In this document: positions 17,456-25,865 of the stretch, piece after piece | How the letters are laid out: each line of letters opens with the position of its first letter | How positions within the stretch are numbered: the first letter of the stretch is position 1 | NCBI GenBank assembly: GCA_016180645.1 | Contig: JACPAV010000004.1 | Span: forward strand, 219,544-245,408 | Source: Nitrospirota bacterium | GTDB lineage: Bacteria > JACPQY01 | Direction: 5' to 3' | DNA: 25,865 nt | Notes under the pieces: model-generated | Database searches by the model: none | The model's input: only the letters and a program-made list of their open reading frames with translations | What the model was told of the DNA's origin: nothing | Translations under genes and position numbers: made by a program

Positions 17456-17548
17456 GTCCTAGCGTCGGAAGACCATGATGCATGCCGTGCCTTCCGTGGC
17501 ACGGCGACATCGCATGGCCCCGTACCGTCCTCGGCACGGGGTCCCCAG

Positions 17549-17583
17549 GCGGGAGGGAATCGGGAAGGTTCCCTCCCGCTTTT
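17549..17583 (+). terminator. intrinsic terminator after the lipoprotein gene
   Basis: 11-bp stem GCGGGAGGGAA/TTCCCTCCCGC followed by TTTT. Confidence 0.75.
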
Positions 17584-17593
17584 CGTTGCGGGT

Positions 17594-17622
17594 TTGACGG
17601 AGCCCGGGGTCTCCCGTAGGGT
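17594..17622 (+). promoter_or_regulatory. sigma70-type promoter for the small coiled-coil gene
   Basis: TTGACG-N17-TAGGGT, 6 nt before ATG 17629. Confidence 0.6.
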
Positions 17623-17628
17623 GCCCTC

Positions 17629-17916
17629 ATGAGGAACGGGAATATCAAACTCAGACTTCTTCGGCAGATGACCTTGGGTCGCTTTGAAGATGTGGATTTG
17701 GCTCTTGGGCGCATGGCCTCGCGGGTCGGGGTCGTCGAGCGGGAGATGGGCAATCTAAAGAAGGAAATCGGGAACCTTAAGGACGACGTCCTCTCCGTGA
17801 AGAAAGCACTTAGGAGAACTACAGGCAAGATCAGGGATATCTTCGACTACGTCGGCGAGGTGGACACCATGCTTTCACGCCACCAAGCCGACAGGAAAGC
17901 GCACCTACCGGACTAG
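17629..17916 (+). CDS. small coiled-coil hypothetical protein
   Basis: Heptad pattern FEDVDLALGRMASRVGVVEREMGNLKKEIGNLKDDVLSVKKAL; has its own promoter-like motif. Confidence 0.7.
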   Translation: MRNGNIKLRLLRQMTLGRFEDVDLALGRMASRVGVVEREMGNLKKEIGNLKDDVLSVKKALRRTTGKIRDIFDYVGEVDTMLSRHQADRKAHLPD

Positions 17917-17958
17917 GTTCTGTTTGAAAACCCCATCGTTACGGGGCGGAACGTTTTG

Positions 17959-18013
17959 GTGGTCGCACCCTTTACGGGTGCGTCTTCGGACGCAGGCTGA
18001 AGCCTGCGTCTAC
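17959..18013. repeat. GTRG-type REP doublet
   Basis: GTGG-TCGCACCC-TTTAC-GGGTGCG ... ACGCAGGCT-GA-AGCCTGCGT-CTAC. Confidence 0.75.
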
Positions 18014-18031
18014 CGGTCCAGTGAGCATCCT

Positions 18032-18088
18032 GTAGGGGAGCAGCTTTAGCTGCTCCCAAGCAGGGAGGACCTCAAGGTCCTCCCCTAC
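18032..18088. repeat. GTAG-type REP doublet, same family as 14183-14241
   Basis: GTAG-GGGAGCAGCT-TT-AGCTGCTCCC ... GGGAGGACCT-CA-AGGTCCTCCC-CTAC. Confidence 0.85.
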
Positions 18089-18154
18089 GCATCCGCCTCA
18101 GACGGATTGGCTGCCCTCTTCGTGCGATCGAGTAGCTTATTTCCTCGCAATCCC

Positions 18155-20845
18155 CTAGTCGGCGGAAATGGTTTTTGCCACCCGGTCGATTTTCAGGAAT
18201 GAAAACAACGCCGGATCAGGGTCCAGCTCCTGCCAGATACCGAGTTGCTCCTTCGGGTCCGGAGACAAACTTCGAAGAAGCCAGACGATCCTCTCCTCGA
18301 TGCCGTCTCCTCTCCTTCCCATTTCGTAGGCCACCAAGTACCGTCGCAGGGCGATACGCTTCAGCCCAAGCCGTTCATCCCATCGACCAACCCGGTAGTG
18401 GAGTCTGGATGGGAAGGTATTGATCGGAAAAGTTTCGACCCGATAGACCAGGACGTCCGCGCCCACATCGCCGTACGCGCGAAACTCGATCTCGGGATAT
18501 TCCCCGTCCAGCTCGAACTCGAAATAGAAATCCCTGATCTTGTGATGGGGATCGTTCTTGGCCTGGAGAACTTGGTCCGCGCAAATCGAACGCTCCGCGT
18601 GGAGGCGCTCGCCACGACTGACGACTTTCAGCGTCAGGCTGCATCCCTCCAGGGATTCAACGATAAGTCCGTATCGAACGACGTATCGCCCGGGTCCCAG
18701 GGTGAGATAGGGGCCGTTCAACATGTTGCCCCGGACGGCCCAAGATTGCCGATCGGCCTTGTCCCGCCAGGAGAACCATTCATCCCGATAGGAGGCCACT
18801 CCATCTTTGAGTTGTGCGGCCAGGTTGTAACGGCGTTCCCCCCCCCCGACCAAGGTGTTTCCAACGAGGATGTAGATCAGGACTCCCGAGCAGGCCCAAA
18901 GTGATCCCAGACCGATCTTCGACCACGCATCGGTCCCGGAGGGAGGATTGGGGCTAGGCGCCTTGGGCGGCCATCCTTCGTGCTCCGGATAGCGCCCGCC
19001 CTCCTGGCGAGGTGACCGGAAAACCAACCAAAGGGCAAGGAGGGTGAAAGCCATCGGAATCACCAGATTCATTTCATGGACGAAACAGAACCCGGGCCAC
19101 AGCTTGTACAGCCTCAAGGGAAATCCTATCGTGTCGAGCATGGCCAGGAAGTGATTGGAGCATCCGAGATCGGTTACGCCGAAATCCCAGTAGTTCGGAA
19201 GGCACGTTTCCGGAGCGATGCCGACAACCAGACTGACGAACATCGTCCAGCCGCCGAGCAAGACCGGCAAGGTGTACCTCCCGGCCTGGACCAGCGATTG
19301 GAGTCCGAGAGCCATCCACGGCGCGGCGAGAGGCAGAAAATAGACAAGGAACCGACCTGCGGGCGCCCACCCCGTATTGCTGCCCCGGTGGAGTAGAAAC
19401 GCCAGGGGAAAAGCTCCCAGCAAGGCGAGGAGCGTCGCCTGCCGACGCCTCTCCCTGAAAAAGGGCCGGAGGCCGCAAAGCGTCAGGAGGTAGATCGGTG
19501 AATACAGCAGCAATCCGTGGGCTTGGGCCAGCCAGTGGGACCAGGCATCATGGTAAAAAGGGTGTGGGAGCCATGGGTATTGCGTCTCCCCCAACCCGCC
19601 GTGCCACGCGCCGGGCTTGAACTTGGCTGCAATGCGTTGGATGCCGTACCAAAGACCCGGCCCATCCCGGTACGGTGCAAGGCTGGACCACAGCCCCACA
19701 CCCAGGACCGGAAGCGGCAGGAGGAGCAGGATCTTGAGCCACGCGCGCTTCTCATAACGGAACATCCGATATGCAATCACGCCGTAGAAGGGAATTCCAA
19801 GAACGGCGTACCGTGCCTTGACGAGAAGCATGAGACCCGCCAGAACGGCGCCGATCAAGGATCGGGACACGGAGTGCGGTCGCAGGAGTATCAGCAGCAT
19901 TCCTGCCGTCAACATCATTCCGACGGTCTCCGGATAGGCATAGAAAACGACCTGGGACAGGGGATAGGAGAATAGGAGGATCGAAGACGTCGCGAGGGCG
20001 ATCGGGTGAGAACGGGTCAGATCAAGCACCAGGAGGAAAAGGAACAACCCCGCGAGGGCTTGGAGGATGCATTGTTCAACCATGACTCCAAGTCTACCCC
20101 CCAGGAGGTAGCCGGGGGCCATGAGGGTTGAATAGGTCCTCGGATGCCTGGCGCCGGTGTCGCCCCGCATCTTGGTCAGCGCGTCTTCGTGGGTGTCGAT
20201 GAACTCCTGATAGTCGCCGGCGAGGATGTTGTTTTCCACGTCGAAGTCGCCGTCTTTGAGAAGCGACGCGGTCCACATGAGATAACTCGGTTCGTCCCCC
20301 ACGGCCCACCGAACTTCGGCCTGCCACGGGGCCCACAGCCCACCCGCGAGAAAGAAGAGGAGCCAAACGGCAAACTTGAGGCTCCCCGGCCGGAAGCATT
20401 GGGGAAGAGCGCGGATCAGGAGTCCGACCAGGCAGGCGGTTCGGAAAGCGACTGTGGAAATGTAGGCGGTTCCCATCCAAATCTTGAGGGGGAAATCGGG
20501 CCGCCAGAAAACGAGGGCCATGACGATGGGGAAAAGGCTCAGGTGGATCAGGTCGTGCTTCGTGTATGCGCGCGAATCGAGGGGCACGCCCATGAACCGG
20601 AGCAGGCGCGGCGCGAGGAAGAATGCGAAAAACACGGCCGCGTACCACGTAGGAAAATCGAAGGCTCTCCAGGCGTGGCCGAAGAAATGGAATGTTCCAT
20701 CGCTCCGCCAGTCGGCCTGTAGCGGCGCAAGTGACCAGATCTTGCGCAGAAGGAAGCTGAAAATCGCCCCGAGGACAAGAAGGTGGACCCCGGCCCAACG
20801 AGGGGACTCCCGTGGAGATCGCGATGCGGGACTCTCAGGATTCAC
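18155..20845 (-). CDS. large polytopic membrane protein, probable GT-C-fold (PMT/ArnT-like) glycosyltransferase with a C-terminal soluble domain
   Basis: Many TM segments; GDEPSY...SLLKDGDFD in an early extracytoplasmic loop; YPE, GLLLYSP and GRFLV motifs; C-terminal beta-rich domain with GPYLTLGPGRY. Confidence 0.7.
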   Translation of the reverse strand: MNPESPASRSPRESPRWAGVHLLVLGAIFSFLLRKIWSLAPLQADWRSDGTFHFFGHAWRAFDFPTWYAAVFFAFFLAPRLLRFMGVPLDSRAYTKHDLIHLSLFPIVMALVFWRPDFPLKIWMGTAYISTVAFRTACLVGLLIRALPQCFRPGSLKFAVWLLFFLAGGLWAPWQAEVRWAVGDEPSYLMWTASLLKDGDFDVENNILAGDYQEFIDTHEDALTKMRGDTGARHPRTYSTLMAPGYLLGGRLGVMVEQCILQALAGLFLFLLVLDLTRSHPIALATSSILLFSYPLSQVVFYAYPETVGMMLTAGMLLILLRPHSVSRSLIGAVLAGLMLLVKARYAVLGIPFYGVIAYRMFRYEKRAWLKILLLLPLPVLGVGLWSSLAPYRDGPGLWYGIQRIAAKFKPGAWHGGLGETQYPWLPHPFYHDAWSHWLAQAHGLLLYSPIYLLTLCGLRPFFRERRRQATLLALLGAFPLAFLLHRGSNTGWAPAGRFLVYFLPLAAPWMALGLQSLVQAGRYTLPVLLGGWTMFVSLVVGIAPETCLPNYWDFGVTDLGCSNHFLAMLDTIGFPLRLYKLWPGFCFVHEMNLVIPMAFTLLALWLVFRSPRQEGGRYPEHEGWPPKAPSPNPPSGTDAWSKIGLGSLWACSGVLIYILVGNTLVGGGERRYNLAAQLKDGVASYRDEWFSWRDKADRQSWAVRGNMLNGPYLTLGPGRYVVRYGLIVESLEGCSLTLKVVSRGERLHAERSICADQVLQAKNDPHHKIRDFYFEFELDGEYPEIEFRAYGDVGADVLVYRVETFPINTFPSRLHYRVGRWDERLGLKRIALRRYLVAYEMGRRGDGIEERIVWLLRSLSPDPKEQLGIWQELDPDPALFSFLKIDRVAKTISAD

Positions 20846-22088
20846 GCCCGCGGTCCTTCTTCTGCCTCAACCAGTCCGAAATTGTATTCGTGAAACGCGG
20901 CCCACAAGTTTCCCATGACCAATCGGCCCGAATTCGGTCGTGCCCGGCCCGTCCCATGCGTCGACGTGTCTTGTCATCCTCCAACAGATTTTCTACGGCC
21001 TCACCAAATTCCGTTTCGTCGCGCGCGACCAGGCGGCCCGTCTCCCCATTCACCACGGTTTCCCTGACGCCCCCTTCCCCCACGGCTACCACCGGTGTGC
21101 CGCAGGCCATGGCCTCCAAGGGAGCGAGGCCGAAGGGTTCCAGGTAGGGGGCATAGACGAGCAGCTTGGCTCGATGGTACGCCTCGGCGAGGGCAGAGTC
21201 TTCCACCCCGAGGCGGATCTCCAAGTGGACGCCGAATTTCGACGCAAGCGTCTCCAAGTGTGAACGATGGCGCGGATCTTCTCGGTCGCCGATCGCAACG
21301 AGACCGGGGCGGCGCTTCGGCGGAATGCGCGCCAGCGACCGAATGATGAACTCATATCCTTTCGGCGCCATGAGGGCTCCCACCGAGAGGACCACGTTCT
21401 CGCGTGGCACCTTTGTCGGGTGAAACACGGCGGTCTCGATTCCGATGCGGCAAACTCGTGAGTCGCGACCATAGGCCCGAAGAATGGATTCCCTCGAAAA
21501 ATAGGAGTTGGCGAGAAGCAGCCCGGCGTGCTGGGCGTTCTCGCGGTCGATCTCCGCAATCGTCCGGGTCACGCGTCGCCAGAATCTTCGCCGAATGGCG
21601 CGCCCGAAGCCATCGCCGCCGCTCGACCCGAATTCGAGCTGCTCGATAATCGATTCGCGCGAGGCCCGGTAAGGTTGCTGGCAGTAGAAGACGCTGGGCG
21701 TCCGGAGCCGGCGGAGCAGGTACGGGGCGATGGTCACTTCGTCGTGTTCCGAATAAACAAGGTCGTACGCCCCCCGGTCAATCTCCGCGGCAATCCGGGT
21801 GTGAACTTGAAAAAGGGGAGGCAGACGACGCATGGTTCGGGAGGCCCAGAGCAAAGGGTTTGTGCGGCGAAGGCCGGGCGCCATCGCCCAACTGCGGAAG
21901 CCGCCGCCGACCGGGAACGCCGTCACGCTCTTCGCCCACGGCTTCAACGGCAGGAAATCCCCCTCTTGGGCGGTCTCGGGGACAAACACGTCCGGCGCAT
22001 GCCCGGCCGAGCTCAATGCCCGAACGAATCCCTGCAGGGCCCTCTTGGCCCCGCCGGTGGGGATGTTATGGAAGACGGCGATGCGCAT
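20835..22088 (-). CDS. glycosyltransferase family 4 (GT-B)
   Basis: [45 protein letters not shown] (EX7E). Confidence 0.93.
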   Translation of the reverse strand: MRIAVFHNIPTGGAKRALQGFVRALSSAGHAPDVFVPETAQEGDFLPLKPWAKSVTAFPVGGGFRSWAMAPGLRRTNPLLWASRTMRRLPPLFQVHTRIAAEIDRGAYDLVYSEHDEVTIAPYLLRRLRTPSVFYCQQPYRASRESIIEQLEFGSSGGDGFGRAIRRRFWRRVTRTIAEIDRENAQHAGLLLANSYFSRESILRAYGRDSRVCRIGIETAVFHPTKVPRENVVLSVGALMAPKGYEFIIRSLARIPPKRRPGLVAIGDREDPRHRSHLETLASKFGVHLEIRLGVEDSALAEAYHRAKLLVYAPYLEPFGLAPLEAMACGTPVVAVGEGGVRETVVNGETGRLVARDETEFGEAVENLLEDDKTRRRMGRAGHDRIRADWSWETCGPRFTNTISDWLRQKKDRGRES

Positions 22089-23307
22089 GAATCCGACCAA
22101 CCTTTACCGAGTAGAGTATCACGAGAAGCGCCGTTCCCATCGCGTAGGAGGCGACGGTGATCCACGCCGCGCCGACGCCGCCCCGGGACGGAATGATGGC
22201 CAGGCACAATCCGACGTGGGCGACGGCGGATACGACGACCGTTCCGAGCACGTGCTTTTCGTATCCCAGGGCAAGGAGGGGCTGAGAGAACGGTCCGTTT
22301 ATTCCGGTTAGCAGCACGAGAATGAGAAGGATGCGGAAGAGCGGAATCGAGGAAGCATAGGCGTCCCCGAAAACCAGCCCGATTGCAGGGCCGGCAAGGA
22401 CCCATCCGAGGGCCACCAGGGCGCAACCGAGGCCCAGAGACATCCACAAGAATCTCTTGCGTTGACGCAGGAAGGCGTCGGAATTCGATTGACCGAGGTT
22501 CGAAAGTCTTGGGAATATCGCCGAGCCGAGCCAGGCCACGACCACTTGGATGACGCTCATGGCTCTGAAGGCCGCCGCATAGTGGCCCAACTCTTCCTGC
22601 GAGCGCGTGGCATTGAGGATGATCGTGTCGGCCGTGCCCCAATAGAGGTTTCCCATAACGGTCAGTGACCAAAAGGAGAGCGAGCGTTGGGCATGGTTGC
22701 GAATTTCCCCCGCTGAGGAAATCCAGCGACCGGGCATCCATCCCAAGCCGATGAGGACGGCGAGATTCGCGAGAACCGTGCCGGAGACGAACAGGAAAGG
22801 CACTCGAAGAATGCCCGCGGGGTCACGCACCCAGAGGAAGAAAAGCATCAGCGGAACCAAGGAGGCAAGGATCCGGGAAAGTCCCGTCAAGGGCATTCGT
22901 TCGAGTCCCTGGAGCGCCCAGTCCACGCTCAGTGCGCGGGCGGGAAGAAGGAGTCCAAACCCGACCATGAGGACCTTGGTCTCCCCGTTTGCCGGCCAGA
23001 GGAGAACGGCGGCGCCGAAAAGAACCAGCAGGACCAGCGAACACGTCCATCGGAGGGAGAGAAAACGCTCCAAGTGCACACGGATCCGCGCCGGATCGCG
23101 GGCGATCTCCCGCATTCCGTAGGTGCTCACTCCTAAGTCGGCCAGCAAGACCAGGTAATTAGACCAGGCCATGGCATAGGACAGCTTCCCGAAGCCTTCG
23201 GGCTGGAGCACCCGAGCGAGGTACATCTGTGTCAGGAAGGTGAACACCAGCGCGGCTCCGCTCCCGAAGCCGAACCAGAGGAAATTTCGAATCATCGAGC
23301 GCCGCAC
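22066..23307 (-). CDS. wzx: Wzx-type oligosaccharide flippase
   Basis: RNFLW...YLARVLQPEGFGKLSYA...LADLG....GMREIAR, LGHYAAA, IPSRGGVGAAW. Start GTG 23307 or ATG 23295. Confidence 0.9.
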   Translation of the reverse strand: MRRSMIRNFLWFGFGSGAALVFTFLTQMYLARVLQPEGFGKLSYAMAWSNYLVLLADLGVSTYGMREIARDPARIRVHLERFLSLRWTCSLVLLVLFGAAVLLWPANGETKVLMVGFGLLLPARALSVDWALQGLERMPLTGLSRILASLVPLMLFFLWVRDPAGILRVPFLFVSGTVLANLAVLIGLGWMPGRWISSAGEIRNHAQRSLSFWSLTVMGNLYWGTADTIILNATRSQEELGHYAAAFRAMSVIQVVVAWLGSAIFPRLSNLGQSNSDAFLRQRKRFLWMSLGLGCALVALGWVLAGPAIGLVFGDAYASSIPLFRILLILVLLTGINGPFSQPLLALGYEKHVLGTVVVSAVAHVGLCLAIIPSRGGVGAAWITVASYAMGTALLVILYSVKVGRIHAHRRLP

Positions 23308-23314
23308 AGGCGGC

Positions 23315-23387
23315 AGTGTAGAGAGTCCTCTTCTCGTGTCAACGAATCGGCCTCCGCGTTCCTGCGGCTTGGGGCGGATGTTATACT
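23315..23387. promoter_or_regulatory. divergent promoters for the flippase operon and the GT4 pair
   Basis: Minus TTGACA (23342-23337)-N16-TACACT (23320-23315), 7 nt before GTG 23307. Plus TGtTATACT (23379-23387), 6 nt before ATG 23394. Confidence 0.7.
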
Positions 23388-23393
23388 CGCGCC

Positions 23394-24590
23394 ATGGCCC
23401 CACCACCCGAAACGCCGCCGGAGGCGGCCGTCGAATCTCGGCCCTCCAGGCCGGTTTCGGGTGGTGGGGTGAAAGCAGGGATCGGCGCGTTCGATCGGTC
23501 CGTCTCGCGCACCGGGCTGGGCACGTTGGTGGGCCACCTCGTCCCGGAGCTGATGCGGCAGATGCCGGAGGCTCACTGCTTTGCGATCGGTTCGGAACTG
23601 TCCTCCTGTTTTCACGGGAGGGTGGACGTCGTTCGGCCGCAACCGTTCCCAAAGGGGTGGCGGGGAGCCGCGGATCGTCTCTTGGCCCACCAGACTCGTT
23701 TGAAGAAGAAGATTCGACAGGCGGGCCTTTCCATCTACTACAGCACGGACCACCAAGGCATCCTTTGGCCCGGCGTTGGCCAGGTGATTACCCTGCTCGA
23801 CCTGATCCCCCTCCACTACGAGGATGCGCATCCAAAACTCCGCCGCTACTTCGAGGTTTTCCTGCCCTTCTTGCTGAGGCATGTGCGCGGGGTGGTCTGC
23901 ATTTCGGAGGCAACCCGTCAGGATTTCCTGTCAAGGTTTCGCTTTCCCGCCGAACGGGTTCGGGTGGCCCTCCTGGGATGTGATCATTCCCTTTTCCATC
24001 CACCGAACGCGTCGAACGAAACCGGCCGATCCGTTCGGGACCCTTACTTCCTCTTCGTGGCGGCCCTGGCGCCCCACAAGAACCTCCTCCGGGCGGTGGA
24101 AGCTTTGGCGCGCGTGGAGGATCGGCGGTATGAGCTTGTCGTGGTTGGAGAGGATCCGCGTGGGATGCAGCCGGACATCCGGTTGTCTGCCGATCGGCTC
24201 GGCCTGGGAAGCAGGGTCCGGTTCGTCGGCCCGTCGGCTCCCCGCGATCTGGCCCGGTGGTACTTCGAATCCGCCGGCCTCGTCTTCCCATCCGTCCGGG
24301 AAGGTTTTGGGCTGCCTGCGTTGGAGGCGATGGCGAGTGGTTGCCCCGTCATCGCTTCGAACAATTCATCCTTGCCGGAGGTATGTGGTCCGGCCGCCTT
24401 GTACGTCGATCCGCTTGACGTGGGATCCATCTCACGGGCGATGAATCGGATTGTGTGGGAGAAAGGTCTGGGCGACGAACTCCGGCGGCGCGGTCTGGAG
24501 CGGGCGGCGGGCTTCACGTGGCGGCGGACGGCTGAAACCATCATCGCATTTCTGAGAGAGATCGATTCGGGAGGAGGGAGCCAGGCATGA
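23394..24590 (+). CDS. glycosyltransferase family 4 (MtfB/mannosyltransferase-like)
   Basis: TLLDLIP, ISEATRQD, PHKNL, FPSVREGFGLPALEAMASGCPVI..SSLPEV, FTWRRTA. Alternative start GTG 23469. Confidence 0.93.
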   Translation: MAPPPETPPEAAVESRPSRPVSGGGVKAGIGAFDRSVSRTGLGTLVGHLVPELMRQMPEAHCFAIGSELSSCFHGRVDVVRPQPFPKGWRGAADRLLAHQTRLKKKIRQAGLSIYYSTDHQGILWPGVGQVITLLDLIPLHYEDAHPKLRRYFEVFLPFLLRHVRGVVCISEATRQDFLSRFRFPAERVRVALLGCDHSLFHPPNASNETGRSVRDPYFLFVAALAPHKNLLRAVEALARVEDRRYELVVVGEDPRGMQPDIRLSADRLGLGSRVRFVGPSAPRDLARWYFESAGLVFPSVREGFGLPALEAMASGCPVIASNNSSLPEVCGPAALYVDPLDVGSISRAMNRIVWEKGLGDELRRRGLERAAGFTWRRTAETIIAFLREIDSGGGSQA

Positions 24591-25693
24591 AGCTCGGCGT
24601 CGGGGCGTTCGATCTGGGCAAGCTCCACACGGGGATCGGCATTTTCAGCCACCATGTTGCCATCGGACTCATGGAGCGGTTCAGCGAAGCGCGGACCTAT
24701 GCGCTGGATGCGTGGGAGACGGGCCGTTTTTCCGAACGAACCGTACTCATGAGGCGGTCGCCGTTCCCGAAAGGATGGATGGGCGTGGCCAAACGGCTCC
24801 ACGGCTACCAAATCGGGCTTCGATCCCGCGTGAAAGCCGACTCCCGGGATCTGTTCTACACTACGGCACACGAGGGCCTGCTCGCCCCGCCTTGTGCCCA
24901 AGTGGTGACGCTGCATGACCTGATCCCTCTTCGGTTCCCCGATATTCACCCCAAGCTCCGCCGCTACTTCCAAGTCGTGTTTCCGTGGATCCTTCGGGCA
25001 TCGAAGGGGGTGGTTTGCGCCTCGGAGGCGACCAAGCGGGATCTCCTGTCCTTCTATCGCTTTCCGGAGGATCGTACCTGCGTGTCACTGGAGGCATGCG
25101 ATCCGGCGCATTTCCGGCGGCGGACCGGTCGCGTGGTGAGCGCGGGACTCGGCTGGGATCGCTTTTTCCTCTTCATGGGATCGACTGCGATGCACAAGAA
25201 CGTCTTGAGGCTTGTGGAGGCGTTTTCGGGGTTGGCGGATCACGGAGGAGTGGGCCTTGTCCTGGCCGGCCCGCAGGATCCCCGGGCGGGGCCCGGAATC
25301 GAAGCCGCCATCCATCGGCTCGGGCTGTCGGATCGAATCCGGATGATCGGCCGCGTTCCGGCAGAAGAGATCCCCCATTGGTACTCCGAGGCCCTGGCCC
25401 TCGTCTTCCCCTCTCTCCACGAGGGGTTTGGACTCCCGCCGCTTGAAGCGATGGCGTGCGGCTGCCCGGTGATCTCCTCGAACGCGGCCTCGCTTCCGGA
25501 GGTTTGCGGGGGCGCGGCGCTCTACGTGGATCCGTTGAGCGTGGATTCGATCCGCAAGGCGATGAACGATATTCTCGCCGATGAGCGGCTCCGGGAGTCG
25601 CTGCGCGAGAAGGGACTCCGTCAGGCTTCGGCATTCACCTGGGAAAAAACCGTGGAGCGGATCGCCGGGTTTCTACTCCGAGTCGCCTCTTAG
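24587..25693 (+). CDS. glycosyltransferase family 4 (MtfB/mannosyltransferase-like), paralog of the preceding gene
   Basis: [50 protein letters not shown] overlap with the upstream gene. Confidence 0.94.
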   Translation: MKLGVGAFDLGKLHTGIGIFSHHVAIGLMERFSEARTYALDAWETGRFSERTVLMRRSPFPKGWMGVAKRLHGYQIGLRSRVKADSRDLFYTTAHEGLLAPPCAQVVTLHDLIPLRFPDIHPKLRRYFQVVFPWILRASKGVVCASEATKRDLLSFYRFPEDRTCVSLEACDPAHFRRRTGRVVSAGLGWDRFFLFMGSTAMHKNVLRLVEAFSGLADHGGVGLVLAGPQDPRAGPGIEAAIHRLGLSDRIRMIGRVPAEEIPHWYSEALALVFPSLHEGFGLPPLEAMACGCPVISSNAASLPEVCGGAALYVDPLSVDSIRKAMNDILADERLRESLREKGLRQASAFTWEKTVERIAGFLLRVAS

Positions 25694-25865
25694 CTCGACT
25701 TTTGCCATTTTTCCATGCTGTGTGAACATCACTTCACGAGGGAAGGCCATTTTCACGCCGTGAATGTTGAGACAGGAGCCGTTTTCCGGTCTCGTTTCAA
25801 AATTCATCGCTCAGAATCTCGCTCGGATGGGAAGGTATCTTCAGCCACCGCTCAAGCGATTCGTA

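Noticed and set aside
17453..17520. TGA followed by a hairpin as selenocysteine readthrough
   Set aside because: The downstream frame is not protein-like, the protein ends plausibly at YIYKLD, and the hairpins fit a 3' UTR.
14183..18088. Palindromic repeats as a CRISPR array or IS ends
   Set aside because: No regularly spaced identical repeats with unique spacers, and no cas or transposase gene.
18155..20845. PglB/STT3 oligosaccharyltransferase assignment
   Set aside because: No WWDYG motif was found.
23308..23652. Long N-terminal extension of the flippase
   Set aside because: Overlaps the divergent promoters and the antisense of the GT4 gene.
25694..25865. TTGCCA, TGTGA..TCAC and TTCACGCCGTGAA motifs at the window end
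   Set aside because: Spacing does not fit a clear promoter or CRP site, and the downstream context is missing.

Overview
High-GC chromosomal window from a diderm (LptD-bearing) bacterium; a deltaproteobacterial-type affiliation is a guess from gene style. In order: the 5' part of a minus-strand GAF-domain protein missed by the ORF track; a ~2.3 kb non-coding gap with two parS palindromes and AT-rich flanks; lptD; a hisA-hisF-hisI operon ending in a lone nuoA; a LysM lipoprotein coupled to an alkyl-DHAP-synthase-like flavoprotein; a radical SAM enzyme; a convergent membrane protein plus GMC oxidoreductase; a 993-aa repetitive surface lipoprotein; a small coiled-coil protein; and a glycosylation cluster (GT-C-like membrane protein, Wzx flippase, three GT4 enzymes). 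No CRISPR array, transposase, rRNA or tRNA was recognised. The strongest unexplained signals are: (1) seven first-in-unit genes with a -10 hexamer 6-7 nt before the start codon and no Shine-Dalgarno, suggesting pervasive leaderless translation; (2) a candidate bacterial ether-lipid module; (3) a nested palindromic element read in frame inside the GMC gene; (4) the symmetric parS locus; (5) a possible surface-protein glycosylation system. All functional calls come from motif recognition by eye; no searches were run.
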